Notes under the pieces: generated by a model
Databases searched by the model: none
What the model was told of the DNA's origin: nothing
Seen by the model: the letters and a program-made list of their open reading frames with translations, nothing else
Shown here: piece by piece, positions 35,860 to 44,729 of the stretch
Layout of the letters: every line of letters starts with the position of its first letter
Position numbering within the stretch: the stretch's first letter is position 1
Position numbers and translations under genes: made by a program
From: Gemmatimonadota bacterium
Lineage (GTDB): Bacteria; 4572-55; J002
Length of the DNA stretch: 44,729 nucleotides
Assembly (NCBI GenBank): GCA_003697105.1
Contig: RFFQ01000114.1
Location: 1 to 44,729, forward strand
Direction of reading: 5' to 3'

Positions 35860-38187
35860 ATGCCTCGTCCCGGGACGAAAGATAATCCATTGCGCGTGGC
35901 CATTATTGGTGCGGGACCCGCCGGTTTTTTCACGGCGGAGCACTTATTTAAACAACCGGATTTGAATGTTGAAATCGATATGTTTGAGCGACTGCCAACC
36001 CCCTATGGGCTGGTGCGTGCGGGTGTTGCTCCTGATCATCAAAAGATCAAATCCATTACCAAAAATTTTGACCGGATTGCCGGAAACCCCAATTTCCGGT
36101 ATTACGGCTACGTGGAATTCGGTAAAGATATTTCCATGGCGGATATTCGCCAGCACTACCATCAAGTGGTGATTGCCACCGGTGCCCAGACAGACCGCCA
36201 GTTGCGAATTCCGGGCGAAGAATTGGAAGGTTGTCACGGTGCGACCGAGTTTGTCGCATGGTACAACGGGCATCCCGATTACCGGGAATGCCGTTTTGAC
36301 CTCTCGCAGGAACGTGTGGCTATAATTGGGGTCGGCAATGTGGCACTGGACGTTGCTCGCATCCTCTGCCGGACTCCAGAAGAATTGGAAGTGACCGACA
36401 TCGCGGATTATGCGCTAGATGCCTTACGCCAAAGCCACGTACGCGAAGTTTACCTACTCGGACGGCGCGGCGTGGCACAAGCGGCATTTACCAATGCCGA
36501 AATTAAAGAGATGGGCGAACTCTCTGATTGTGATGTGCTTGCCCGGACAGATGAAGTTGAACTCGATCCGGCTTCCGCTGCCGCCATTGCAGACGATAAA
36601 AAGGCACTCCGAAAAGTGGAAATTGTGCAAGGCTATGCCCAACAGTCGCCGCGTGGTAAGTCCCGCCGGCTGTTTTTGCGATTTTTGATCTCTCCCGTGG
36701 AAATTTTAGGGGATGAACAGGGGCGGGTTTGTGGAATGCAACTGGTCAGAAATGAACTGTACCAAACCAAAAGTGGGACATTGCATGCCCGTCCCACTGA
36801 CCTGTTTGAGGATTTAGATGTCGGGCTGATTTTCCGTTCGGTGGGTTACCGGGGTGTCCCCTTGCCCGGCGTAGAATTTAACAATAGTTGGGGCACGATT
36901 CCGCATCAAAATGGACGTGTTATCGGGATGTACACCCACCAACCGGTCTTGGGTGTTTATACGACCGGCTGGATCAAACGGGGACCCTCCGGTGTGATCG
37001 GCACCAACAAAGGGGATGCCAAGGAAACCGTCGAGCAGATGATGCAGGATTTGCAAAGTGGGATGGTTTTACAGCCGGAAAAGCCAGACCGGGACGCCGT
37101 CGAAGCCTTAATCCGGGAACGGCAACCCAATGTGTTTACTTACACCGATTGGCTGCGGCTGAACGAAATTGAGGTTGTCAACGGGCAAAAATTGGGACGC
37201 CCGCGCCTCAAATTAACCACGATCCCCACTATGCTCAGTGCCTTAGAGCGCGAGCATGTCAGTGGTGCCCGCAAGAAAATATTGTTACCCACGGATTTTT
37301 CCCGCAGTGCGGAGCAAGCGCTCATTCATGCCGTGCATCTAGCAAAACGGTATGAGGCGGAAATTCATCTGCTGAATGTGATCGTCTTTCATGATGATGA
37401 CCCGTTTCATCCGGGGCAACACATGGAAAACAGCTCCGATATCTTGAACAAATTGAAACAACTGGGCGCGGAAAAACTCGATGAAATATCCACCGCTTAC
37501 ACAGCGCCGGATCAGCGGTATGAACTGAAAAAAGTGCAACAGCGGGGTGATTCTGTGGATGGTACTATCCTAAAATATGCGGAGGAAGAAGATATCGATT
37601 TAATCGTGATGGGCACGCATGGGCGCCGGGGTATAAACCAGTTGGTGATTGGTAGTATTGCCGATAAAATCGTCCGGTTAGCCCCCTGCCCGGTGATGAC
37701 CGTGCTGGAACAGAAAACAATCGCTCATGAAACCATCCGCCAGATTTTAGTACCGATTGATTTTTCCAACTATTCCCGGCTGGCGCTAACCCACGCCAAA
37801 AAAATTGCGGCGGATTATAATGCTCGTCTCCAACTCCTCCATGTGGTGCAGGAGGTGATACGACCCACCTTTTACTATGCTTCGGATCACCCACCCGCAC
37901 TGCAATTTACCCCACAACTGGCGGAACGGGCAACACAAGCCATGCAGGACATGCTGGAAGGTACGGTTGGCATCAATCCAGAAGCGGAATTTTTCGTTAC
38001 GGAGGGACATCCTCGCACCGAAATTCTGGATTTTGCAGACCGGCATCACTCGGATTTGATTGTCATCGCCACTCACGGCTTATCCGGTTTTGAAAATCTA
38101 CTGTTAGGAAGTACCACCGGCATGGTCGTCCGGCGGGCAAAGTGCCCGGTGTTTACGGTGAAGGCGTTTGGTAAACATTTTATCTAG
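35860..38187 (+). CDS. FprA/adrenodoxin-reductase-type NADPH:ferredoxin reductase fused to two universal stress protein domains
   Basis: Reductase motifs IGAGPAG, PTPYGLVRAGVAPDH, IGVGNVALDVAR and GWIKRGPSGVIGTN. From 37273 come two USP domains (KILLPTDFS..DLIVMGTHG..PCPVMTV and QILVPIDFS..DLIVIATHG..KCPVFTV). Confidence 0.88.
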   Translation: MPRPGTKDNPLRVAIIGAGPAGFFTAEHLFKQPDLNVEIDMFERLPTPYGLVRAGVAPDHQKIKSITKNFDRIAGNPNFRYYGYVEFGKDISMADIRQHYHQVVIATGAQTDRQLRIPGEELEGCHGATEFVAWYNGHPDYRECRFDLSQERVAIIGVGNVALDVARILCRTPEELEVTDIADYALDALRQSHVREVYLLGRRGVAQAAFTNAEIKEMGELSDCDVLARTDEVELDPASAAAIADDKKALRKVEIVQGYAQQSPRGKSRRLFLRFLISPVEILGDEQGRVCGMQLVRNELYQTKSGTLHARPTDLFEDLDVGLIFRSVGYRGVPLPGVEFNNSWGTIPHQNGRVIGMYTHQPVLGVYTTGWIKRGPSGVIGTNKGDAKETVEQMMQDLQSGMVLQPEKPDRDAVEALIRERQPNVFTYTDWLRLNEIEVVNGQKLGRPRLKLTTIPTMLSALEREHVSGARKKILLPTDFSRSAEQALIHAVHLAKRYEAEIHLLNVIVFHDDDPFHPGQHMENSSDILNKLKQLGAEKLDEISTAYTAPDQRYELKKVQQRGDSVDGTILKYAEEEDIDLIVMGTHGRRGINQLVIGSIADKIVRLAPCPVMTVLEQKTIAHETIRQILVPIDFSNYSRLALTHAKKIAADYNARLQLLHVVQEVIRPTFYYASDHPPALQFTPQLAERATQAMQDMLEGTVGINPEAEFFVTEGHPRTEILDFADRHHSDLIVIATHGLSGFENLLLGSTTGMVVRRAKCPVFTVKAFGKHFI

Positions 38188-38277
38188 CCGGCTTTTCGGC
38201 TTGATGAAATGAATACGCTATTATATTCTTACTGTTTTTATTCTTCCTTCCATTCTTAGCAGAAAGGGGTTAAACCA

Positions 38278-38649
38278 ATGGCAAATGTAATCAATTGGTT
38301 TGAAATTCCGGTCGATGATCTGGATCGGGCGGCGGCATTTTATGAGGCTATTTTTGAGTACGACTCCATGTACCGCATGGAAATGGGTGGGGGGCAGATG
38401 GCATTTTTCCCGATGGAGGGCGAAGGTGTTGGCGGCGCACTGACCCAACATGAGATGATGCGCCCCTCCCCCCACGGGGTATTGGTGTATCTCAACGCGG
38501 GTGATGACCTCGCCCCGATTTTAGGACGCGTGGAAGATGCCGGTGGGAAAATTGTCATGCCTAAAACACAAGTCACAGAGGAGATTGGTTATATCGCTAT
38601 GTTTATCGATACGGAAGGTAACCGGATCGGGTTACATTCGCCGCATTAA
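38278..38649 (+). CDS. VOC (glyoxalase/bleomycin-resistance) family protein
   Basis: INWFEIPVDDLDRAAAFY, AGGKIVMPKT and FIDTEGNRIGLHS. Confidence 0.9.
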   Translation: MANVINWFEIPVDDLDRAAAFYEAIFEYDSMYRMEMGGGQMAFFPMEGEGVGGALTQHEMMRPSPHGVLVYLNAGDDLAPILGRVEDAGGKIVMPKTQVTEEIGYIAMFIDTEGNRIGLHSPH

Positions 38650-38675
38650 ACAGCACTTTCTCCTCAACGAATAGT

Positions 38676-38711
38676 GCCCGTCCGAGATGATTTTTCTCGG
38701 GCGGGTTTTTT
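38676..38711 (+). terminator. Intrinsic terminator
   Basis: GCCCGTCCGAGA / TCTCGGGCGGGT stem followed by a T run. Confidence 0.8.
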
Positions 38712-38769
38712 CATGCCGACCCTACTAAAATTTTAAGTGTTTTATTTATTTACAGTTTGGAAATAGTGT

Positions 38770-38798
38770 TTGACTTCCCCCCATTCCGTGCGTAAAAT
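38770..38798 (+). promoter_or_regulatory. Sigma70-type promoter for the giant kinase gene
   Basis: TTGACT-N17-TAAAAT, followed by RBS GGAGGAG and the ATG at 38845. Confidence 0.65.
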
Positions 38799-38844
38799 AG
38801 TGTAAATAAATTTATCAATAGCATCTTGGGGAGGAGAGAACCGA

Positions 38845-41800
38845 ATGCTAACGCACATTGATAATCGCTACCGTATTACCAAGTTTCTGGGGGAAGGGGC
38901 GATGGGTAAGGTTTATCTGGTGGAAGATGAACTCAAAGACCATCGCCAAATGGCATTAAAGACCATCCGCACGTCGATTTCCGGCACCGACCTCATCCGT
39001 CACCTAAAAAACGAATTCCAATTGCTGGCACACCTGTGCCATCCTAACCTGTGTGAGGTTTACGATTTTGGTTTTTGGCGCGGGGATGAAGGCTCGTCCG
39101 CCTTTTTGGATGCCGATGATGGGGTCGAAAACGGCATCTATTATTTCACGATGGAATACATCGACGGTTCGGATTTCCTCACCGCGACAGAACATCTCAC
39201 CGAATTTGAGCTGTACCCTCTCATTGTGCAGGTCTGCCAAGCGCTCAGCTATATCCACAGCCGCAATTTTATCCATTATGACATCAAACCGAGTAACGTC
39301 TGGGTCACTCGTGAGGGTAAGATCAAACTCATGGACTTAGGACTTGCCCGCGAGCAAGAAGTTGGTTCCAACATGCGTCTTAGGGGCACGGTCAACTACA
39401 TCGCGCCGGAGATTATTCGCGGCGATCCGGTCGATCCCCGTGCGGATTTGTACTCGCTCGGGGTGATGCTCTATCAGGTGGTTGCCCATGAACTCCCTTT
39501 TTCGGCTCCGTCCTCGGTGGAAGTGTTGAAAAAGCATGTCAGTGAATATCCGGTCAAATTGACCCTTAAAGTGCCGGGAGTCTCCCCAGAGCTTTCCCAA
39601 CTGGTGATGCGCCTGTTGCAAAAACATCCCATGGATCGCTTTACCTCCGCCAATGCGCTCCTGCGTATCCTGTGTGATATGGCGCATATTGACTGCGAGG
39701 AAAGCAGTGTCGAACTGCGCACCTCCTATATTCTCAGTAGTAAATTTGTCGGGCGAGAGGCGGAATTTGATCGCTTAAAAACCGCTTTGGAACAAATTCA
39801 AAACAAAAATATAACCCAGTTTTTCCTGATCAGTGGCGCGGCGGGCATTGGTAAATCTCACCTGATGCGGGAGTTCCGCTACCACACCCAATTAAACGGT
39901 GTGACCCTAATCGAAGGCAATTGCTACACGGAAGGCTCACAAGCGTACCAACCATTCCACGATATTTTGAAAACCCTAGTACGCCAATCTCGCCCCGAAA
40001 CCCTTGGAAAATATGGTTCAGAACTGGTTAAACTGATTCCCGATGTAAAAACCATCATTGAGATAGAACCCTCCCCAGAATTGAATGCGGAAGAGGAGCA
40101 GACCCGGCTGATCCGCGAAATTACCGCCTTTATTTTTGATATTGCGACTCGCAAGCCGCTGGTACTTTATATCAATGATTTACACTGGGCGGATACTTCC
40201 ACGCTCCAATTGGTTCAGGCATTGGTACGCACGGCGGAATTGAAATTGGAAAAAGGGAAAGCACCACATCTGCTGATCTGCGCCTCCTACTGTACCGAAG
40301 GCGCTTCAGATGACCAATTTGATCACTTGTGTGCAGAGTTGCAACGGTCGCCCCACATTTGCCAGCAGATCAACCTGCCGGGACTGCCGGCAGAGGCGGT
40401 GGCGGCAATGGTGGAATCCATGTTTGGCTTTAAGAACCTACCGGCGGTGTTTTTGGAAAAAATCGTGAAGGAGACCGACGGAAATCCCTTTTTTGTGGAA
40501 GAAATGATGAAGTCCATGCTGGAAGTGGGTATTTTGACCCAAGCGGACGATCAATGGCAGGTGGATGTGGCAAAACTGGATCAACTGGAACTCCCCAAGA
40601 CTGTTGCCGCGGCCCTCCAACGGCGGTTAGCCACCCTTTCGCCGGAGAAACGCACCTTCCTAAGCCTCTTCTCCGTAATTGGACGACCGGTTTCGCTACG
40701 CGGAATCGAAATGCTGATGGCGGCATTTGACCCCCATCTCAAAGGGGAACAACTGGCGGAACTGCTGCAATCCTTACAACGCCAAAATCTGATCAAATTT
40801 GGGAATGGCTTTTATTCGATTTCACATCAGCAGATTATGTCCTTGCTGGTAACCGAAATTCCGGCGGCAGAACGCCCCCGCTATCACCGTATCGCCGCCG
40901 AAACTTTGGAAAAATTGCATCCCAACGGTGACGAATTCATCGAGGAGTTGGCGATCCATAGTTACCGCGGCGAACTCTGGGGGCGTGCCCTGCGCTACTC
41001 GATCCTCGCAGGAGATAAAAACCGCGCGATTTACTCCAATCACACCGCCATTGATTTTTACCAGAATGCTTTGGAGATTCTCAAGCGGGATGAGTTTCGG
41101 AATCGGGAGCAGGAACGCCATATCTACCGCCAATTAAGCCATCTATACGATTTAACGGGACAGGTGGACCAGCGGCTACACGTACTAAATGTTTGGCTGG
41201 AAGCCACCTCATCCAATATCGAAAAAGCCGAAATTCTGGAGATGTTGGCAAAATCCTATGAGGTGATCAAGGATGATTACGATCGAGCGCTGAAATATAC
41301 GCAGGAAGGGCTGGAGTGGGTCAAAAATGAACCGGTTTGCCCGGAAATCGCTAATTTGTATCAGCGAATGGGAAGTATCCACCAAACAAAAGGGGACTAT
41401 TCGTCGGCAATTGAATATTTTGAAAAAAGTTTGCGTATCTTTCAGGAATTGGAAGACCAACTCGGTGAAGCCCGGATGTCCCGCAATTTGGGCACCATCT
41501 ACCGCTTAAAAGGCGATTATCCCACCGCCCAAACCTTTTATGAAACCAGTTTGAAAATTGCCGAAGCCTCCGAATCCCTAAAAGAAAAAGAATTAACCTA
41601 CCGCGCATTAGGAACACTCTATTTTTACTGGCAAGATTATGACCGCGCCCTCGGATACTATCACAAAGGGTACAAAATTGTGGAAGATATGGACGATGTG
41701 TACGGTCAAGCCAGCTATTTTAATAATTTGGGAGGTGTCCACCGCGTCAAAGGGGAGCAAGAAAAAGCACTGGAGTACTACCAAAAAAGTTTGGATATTT

Positions 41801-44729
41801 ACAAAGAGATCGGCGTCGCTCGGGGCGTGAGTGTGCTGTACAATAATATAGGACTGCTCTACCTGAACCAAAGCAAGTATGAGCAAGCGTTGGATTATTA
41901 CTTCCGCAGTTTAGAAATTAGCCAGCGGATCGGGCATCTGGAAAGCCAAGCGGCCGCCCTGAATAATGTCGGGATCATTTACCGGGTGCTCAAAAACTAT
42001 GATAAAGCGGTGGAATACTATCAAAAAAGCTTGACCATCAGCACTAAATTGGGTGATCTGCGCAGTGTGAGCGAGCTATACTTTAACATGGCAGAGATGT
42101 ATCACCGGCGAAATCAACTGGATACCGCACGCCAACTCTATGAAAAAGCGTTTGAAGTCGGGAAAGATGTTGATGATTTGCCCACTACCGCCGACTGCCT
42201 GACCAGCATCGCGGGGATTTACCGGACACAAGGCGCCTTTTCCACCGCGATGGAATATGTGGAGCAGGCATTATCGTATCTGGAACACTCCGAAAATTAT
42301 GAAAGTAAGGAATCTTGCCTGAACGAACTGGCACGAATTCATTTGTGGCAAGGGGACTACGCACAGGCTGTTGCCGTGATGGAAAAAGCTCTCAAACTGC
42401 GCCCGGATGCCTCCGATTGGGAACGGACGGAAATTTTTACCGGTGCGGGCGATTTGTACCGGATACTCAATCAGGTGGCAAAAAGCCAATTTTACTACCA
42501 AAAGGCGCTCGATGCCCACCAAGCCGCAAATGAGAAGGAAGGCTCCGGTACATGCTTTGCCGGACTGGGCAAACTCGCCTTATTGCAAAAAAAGTACGAT
42601 CTGGCAGAGGATTTTTACCAAAAAGCCCTCTCACCGGAACTTAGTATTTTAGATGAAGATGAAGAAATTCAGACGAAAATTGATTTAGCTCGATTGTATC
42701 TGGAACAAGATCAATTGGATCAGGCAGACCGGTTACTGGTGGAGACCATGCAACAAACCGATGACCTCACCCCGCCTCGTGTCATTTGCGAAATTTATGT
42801 CCTAAAAAGCCTGATTTTAGCTAAACAGTTGGCTACCGAAGGCATTTTGCTGGATAAAGCCCTGACCCTTAGTTCAGACATCAAATTTGCCGAGGCAAAA
42901 TGGATGCTCTTCCGGGATTTTGCCGTCTATTTTAATGAAAAAGGGGATACGACCTCCACGGATCACTACCTGAATGAAGCGAAAGCCATTATCAAACGCT
43001 TGGGAGCGTCCCTAAATGACCGTGTGGCGGAGAAAACATACTTCAACCAGCGCTACCGGCGAAGTGTGCTGGTGCAACTGATCCGGCAAAAGGCGGATGT
43101 ACCGGATCAGGCTCATTTTACCGAGGGTGAAACCGAAACCCTGAACGAATTTGAACAGGAATTGCAAGATTTACGCGCCTTTTTGCGCAGTGATGCCCCC
43201 TCAGCAGAAACCAAACTCAAATATGTTTCCTCCAAGCTCAGCGTCTGGACCCGCATGACCCGGGCAATTAAAAATATCCAAAACCACTCTGACCGGAACC
43301 CCTATTTTTCCGAACTGATGAAGACCACCCGAATGCTAGTCCGCATGACCGATGATTACAGTAAACTACTGGAAATCATCCAAATTTTAAACAGTAGCCT
43401 GATTTTGGATGATCTGCTCATTAAAATTGTCGATCTGGCGATTGATTTTGCCCAATCGGATAGCGGCTCTATTATGTTGTATAACCCCGATGGGGATTTG
43501 GAAATCCGGGTTGCACGAGACCGCTGGCAACAGCATCTTACCGGTGAAATTTATCCGTTTTCGTGGACGATTGTCGATCAGGTCATCTCCTCTAAAGAAC
43601 CGGTATGTGTGACGGATATAGTTGAAAATAAAGAACTTCAGATGCATGATAGTATTGCTGATATTGGTTTGCAGTCCGTCATGTGTTTGCCTTTACGGCG
43701 ACGCTTGCTCAAGACGAATGATGAAGACCAGACCGGTGAAGTGCAAGATAATCTGCTGGGTGTCCTCTATCTGGACATCTACACCCATCAATTACACGAG
43801 GAAAGCCGTTTTTCCGAGGAAAATATAAATCTACTACAAACTTTGGCAGATCAAGCCTCCATTGCGTTGATCAACGCCAGTTTATACGAAAAAACCAACT
43901 CCGACCGCCTCACCCGCCTCTATTTGCGCCCCTATTTTGAGGAGATGCTCAAGATTGAACTCAATCTAGCCAAGAAGCATGATCAGCCACTATCGATTCT
44001 CAAGATTGATATCAACGGTTCCAAAGCGATGAACCGGATTCACGGGCGAGAAGCCGGAGACCGCGTTTTGGAAGAAATCGCCCAGATTCTCAAACATTCC
44101 GTCTCCTCGACCGATTTGTGTGCCCGCTACGGCGGGGATGAGTTTGCCATCCTATTGCCGAATACGGATCGGGCACAAGCACAACAGGTTGCCAGTAAAA
44201 TTTTGGAGACCATCAAGCATTACGCTTTTTCCTGCCCGGATGTGAGTGTCGGGCTGGGGATTGCCGGTTTTCCCTTCACCGGTACCATTGCCGATCAGTT
44301 GCAGTTACAGGCGGAGCAAGCGATCTTCATCGCTAAAAGCCGGGGGCTCAATCAGATGGCTGTCTGGGAAGAAAGCGCCTTGACCGATTGGAAGGACCAG
44401 GATCATGTCCCTGATATTTTAACCGGAGACCCGATTCGGGATTATCAAAATGTGAAAATGCTTCTTGAAGCCATTGAGGTGGCAAATTCGACGCTGGATA
44501 TGGACAAATTGCTGATCCGGATCGTCGATATTATCTTGAAGATCACCAACGCGGAGCGGTGTATCTTGATGCTGGCGGAGGATGGGCAACCGCTAAAAGT
44601 TCGGGTGGCGCGAAATTTTGAGGGCGAAAATATACAGGTGGAAGGCACTTATAGCTTGAGTATCCCAGAACAAGTTTACCAGCAAGGGGACCCGATCTCA
44701 TTGAATGAGAGCGGTGACATCAGTTTTAC
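38845..44729 (+). CDS. Giant signalling protein, 3'-truncated: Ser/Thr kinase - STAND ATPase - TPR array - GAF - GGDEF - GAF
   Basis: My frame-1 translation is open for 1961 codons to the window end. Kinase: LGEGAMGKVY, ALK, HYDIKPSN, DLG, APE. STAND: FVGRE, GAAGIGKS (39835), NDLHWAD, GNPFF. These are followed by TPRs, a GAF (SVMCLPL..LGVLYLD), RYGGDEF (GGDEF at 44131-44145) and a second GAF from about 44460. Confidence 0.9.
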   Translation, partial: MLTHIDNRYRITKFLGEGAMGKVYLVEDELKDHRQMALKTIRTSISGTDLIRHLKNEFQLLAHLCHPNLCEVYDFGFWRGDEGSSAFLDADDGVENGIYYFTMEYIDGSDFLTATEHLTEFELYPLIVQVCQALSYIHSRNFIHYDIKPSNVWVTREGKIKLMDLGLAREQEVGSNMRLRGTVNYIAPEIIRGDPVDPRADLYSLGVMLYQVVAHELPFSAPSSVEVLKKHVSEYPVKLTLKVPGVSPELSQLVMRLLQKHPMDRFTSANALLRILCDMAHIDCEESSVELRTSYILSSKFVGREAEFDRLKTALEQIQNKNITQFFLISGAAGIGKSHLMREFRYHTQLNGVTLIEGNCYTEGSQAYQPFHDILKTLVRQSRPETLGKYGSELVKLIPDVKTIIEIEPSPELNAEEEQTRLIREITAFIFDIATRKPLVLYINDLHWADTSTLQLVQALVRTAELKLEKGKAPHLLICASYCTEGASDDQFDHLCAELQRSPHICQQINLPGLPAEAVAAMVESMFGFKNLPAVFLEKIVKETDGNPFFVEEMMKSMLEVGILTQADDQWQVDVAKLDQLELPKTVAAALQRRLATLSPEKRTFLSLFSVIGRPVSLRGIEMLMAAFDPHLKGEQLAELLQSLQRQNLIKFGNGFYSISHQQIMSLLVTEIPAAERPRYHRIAAETLEKLHPNGDEFIEELAIHSYRGELWGRALRYSILAGDKNRAIYSNHTAIDFYQNALEILKRDEFRNREQERHIYRQLSHLYDLTGQVDQRLHVLNVWLEATSSNIEKAEILEMLAKSYEVIKDDYDRALKYTQEGLEWVKNEPVCPEIANLYQRMGSIHQTKGDYSSAIEYFEKSLRIFQELEDQLGEARMSRNLGTIYRLKGDYPTAQTFYETSLKIAEASESLKEKELTYRALGTLYFYWQDYDRALGYYHKGYKIVEDMDDVYGQASYFNNLGGVHRVKGEQEKALEYYQKSLDIYKEIGVARGVSVLYNNIGLLYLNQSKYEQALDYYFRSLEISQRIGHLESQAAALNNVGIIYRVLKNYDKAVEYYQKSLTISTKLGDLRSVSELYFNMAEMYHRRNQLDTARQLYEKAFEVGKDVDDLPTTADCLTSIAGIYRTQGAFSTAMEYVEQALSYLEHSENYESKESCLNELARIHLWQGDYAQAVAVMEKALKLRPDASDWERTEIFTGAGDLYRILNQVAKSQFYYQKALDAHQAANEKEGSGTCFAGLGKLALLQKKYDLAEDFYQKALSPELSILDEDEEIQTKIDLARLYLEQDQLDQADRLLVETMQQTDDLTPPRVICEIYVLKSLILAKQLATEGILLDKALTLSSDIKFAEAKWMLFRDFAVYFNEKGDTTSTDHYLNEAKAIIKRLGASLNDRVAEKTYFNQRYRRSVLVQLIRQKADVPDQAHFTEGETETLNEFEQELQDLRAFLRSDAPSAETKLKYVSSKLSVWTRMTRAIKNIQNHSDRNPYFSELMKTTRMLVRMTDDYSKLLEIIQILNSSLILDDLLIKIVDLAIDFAQSDSGSIMLYNPDGDLEIRVARDRWQQHLTGEIYPFSWTIVDQVISSKEPVCVTDIVENKELQMHDSIADIGLQSVMCLPLRRRLLKTNDEDQTGEVQDNLLGVLYLDIYTHQLHEESRFSEENINLLQTLADQASIALINASLYEKTNSDRLTRLYLRPYFEEMLKIELNLAKKHDQPLSILKIDINGSKAMNRIHGREAGDRVLEEIAQILKHSVSSTDLCARYGGDEFAILLPNTDRAQAQQVASKILETIKHYAFSCPDVSVGLGIAGFPFTGTIADQLQLQAEQAIFIAKSRGLNQMAVWEESALTDWKDQDHVPDILTGDPIRDYQNVKMLLEAIEVANSTLDMDKLLIRIVDIILKITNAERCILMLAEDGQPLKVRVARNFEGENIQVEGTYSLSIPEQVYQQGDPISLNESGDISF
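41359..42760 (+). repeat. About 12 tandem ~40-residue TPR repeats (protein level)
   Basis: About 120-nt periodicity of units such as NNLGGVHRVKGEQEKALEYYQKSL and NNIGLLYLNQSKYEQALDYYFRSL; the units are divergent at DNA level. Confidence 0.8.

Noticed and set aside
21-38576. Short antisense and alternate-frame ORFs in the track (e.g. 2832..3353, 24614..25039, 31467..31910)
   Set aside because: They overlap well-supported genes and show no recognisable motifs.
41359-42760. About 120-nt periodicity as a CRISPR array or DNA tandem repeat
   Set aside because: There are no identical DNA repeats or spacers; the periodicity comes from TPR coding.
39004-44648. Many short ORFs suggesting a fragmented or non-coding region
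   Set aside because: They are shadows of one continuous frame-1 gene starting at 38845, which the track omits because it has no stop in the window.
38845-44729. Avs-type antiphage STAND defence system
   Set aside because: No nuclease, SIR2, TIR or other cell-killing effector is visible and there is no defence-island context. GAF/GGDEF point to signalling, though the C-terminus is unseen.

Overview
Bacterial chromosomal window with no rRNA, tRNA, CRISPR array or transposase that I can see. Bases 1-29.4 kb hold a large Wzx/Wzy-type surface polysaccharide locus made of two convergent operons. The + operon encodes a beta-helix protein, a WbpB-WbpD fusion, WbpE, a second DegT aminotransferase, a priming transferase, Wzc, a minimal SLBB/Wza-like protein and a PglF-like dehydratase. 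The - operon encodes Wzx, a methyltransferase, three GT4s, a beta-helix lipoprotein, a Wzy-like protein, a sulfotransferase, WbpA, a 2-epimerase and WecG. It also contains an acyl-carrier cassette (ACP, SDR, AMP-ligase, AAC(3)-family acyltransferase) flanked by three uncharacterised QW-motif alpha/alpha-barrel proteins. Bases 29.5-35.1 kb hold a divergent partner-switching module (REC-RsbW-like kinase versus SBP, histidine kinase and REC-PP2C phosphatase). After that come a small orphan gene, an FprA-type reductase fused to two USP domains, and a VOC protein. The last gene is a >1960-codon ORF that the ORF track misses because it runs off the window; it encodes Ser/Thr kinase-STAND ATPase-TPR-GAF-GGDEF-GAF. 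The strongest candidates for undescribed biology are the ACP/AAC(3)/barrel tailoring cassette, the giant STAND kinase-cyclase, the FNR-USP fusion and the split SypE-like module. All family calls come from recognising motifs by eye; no searches were run.
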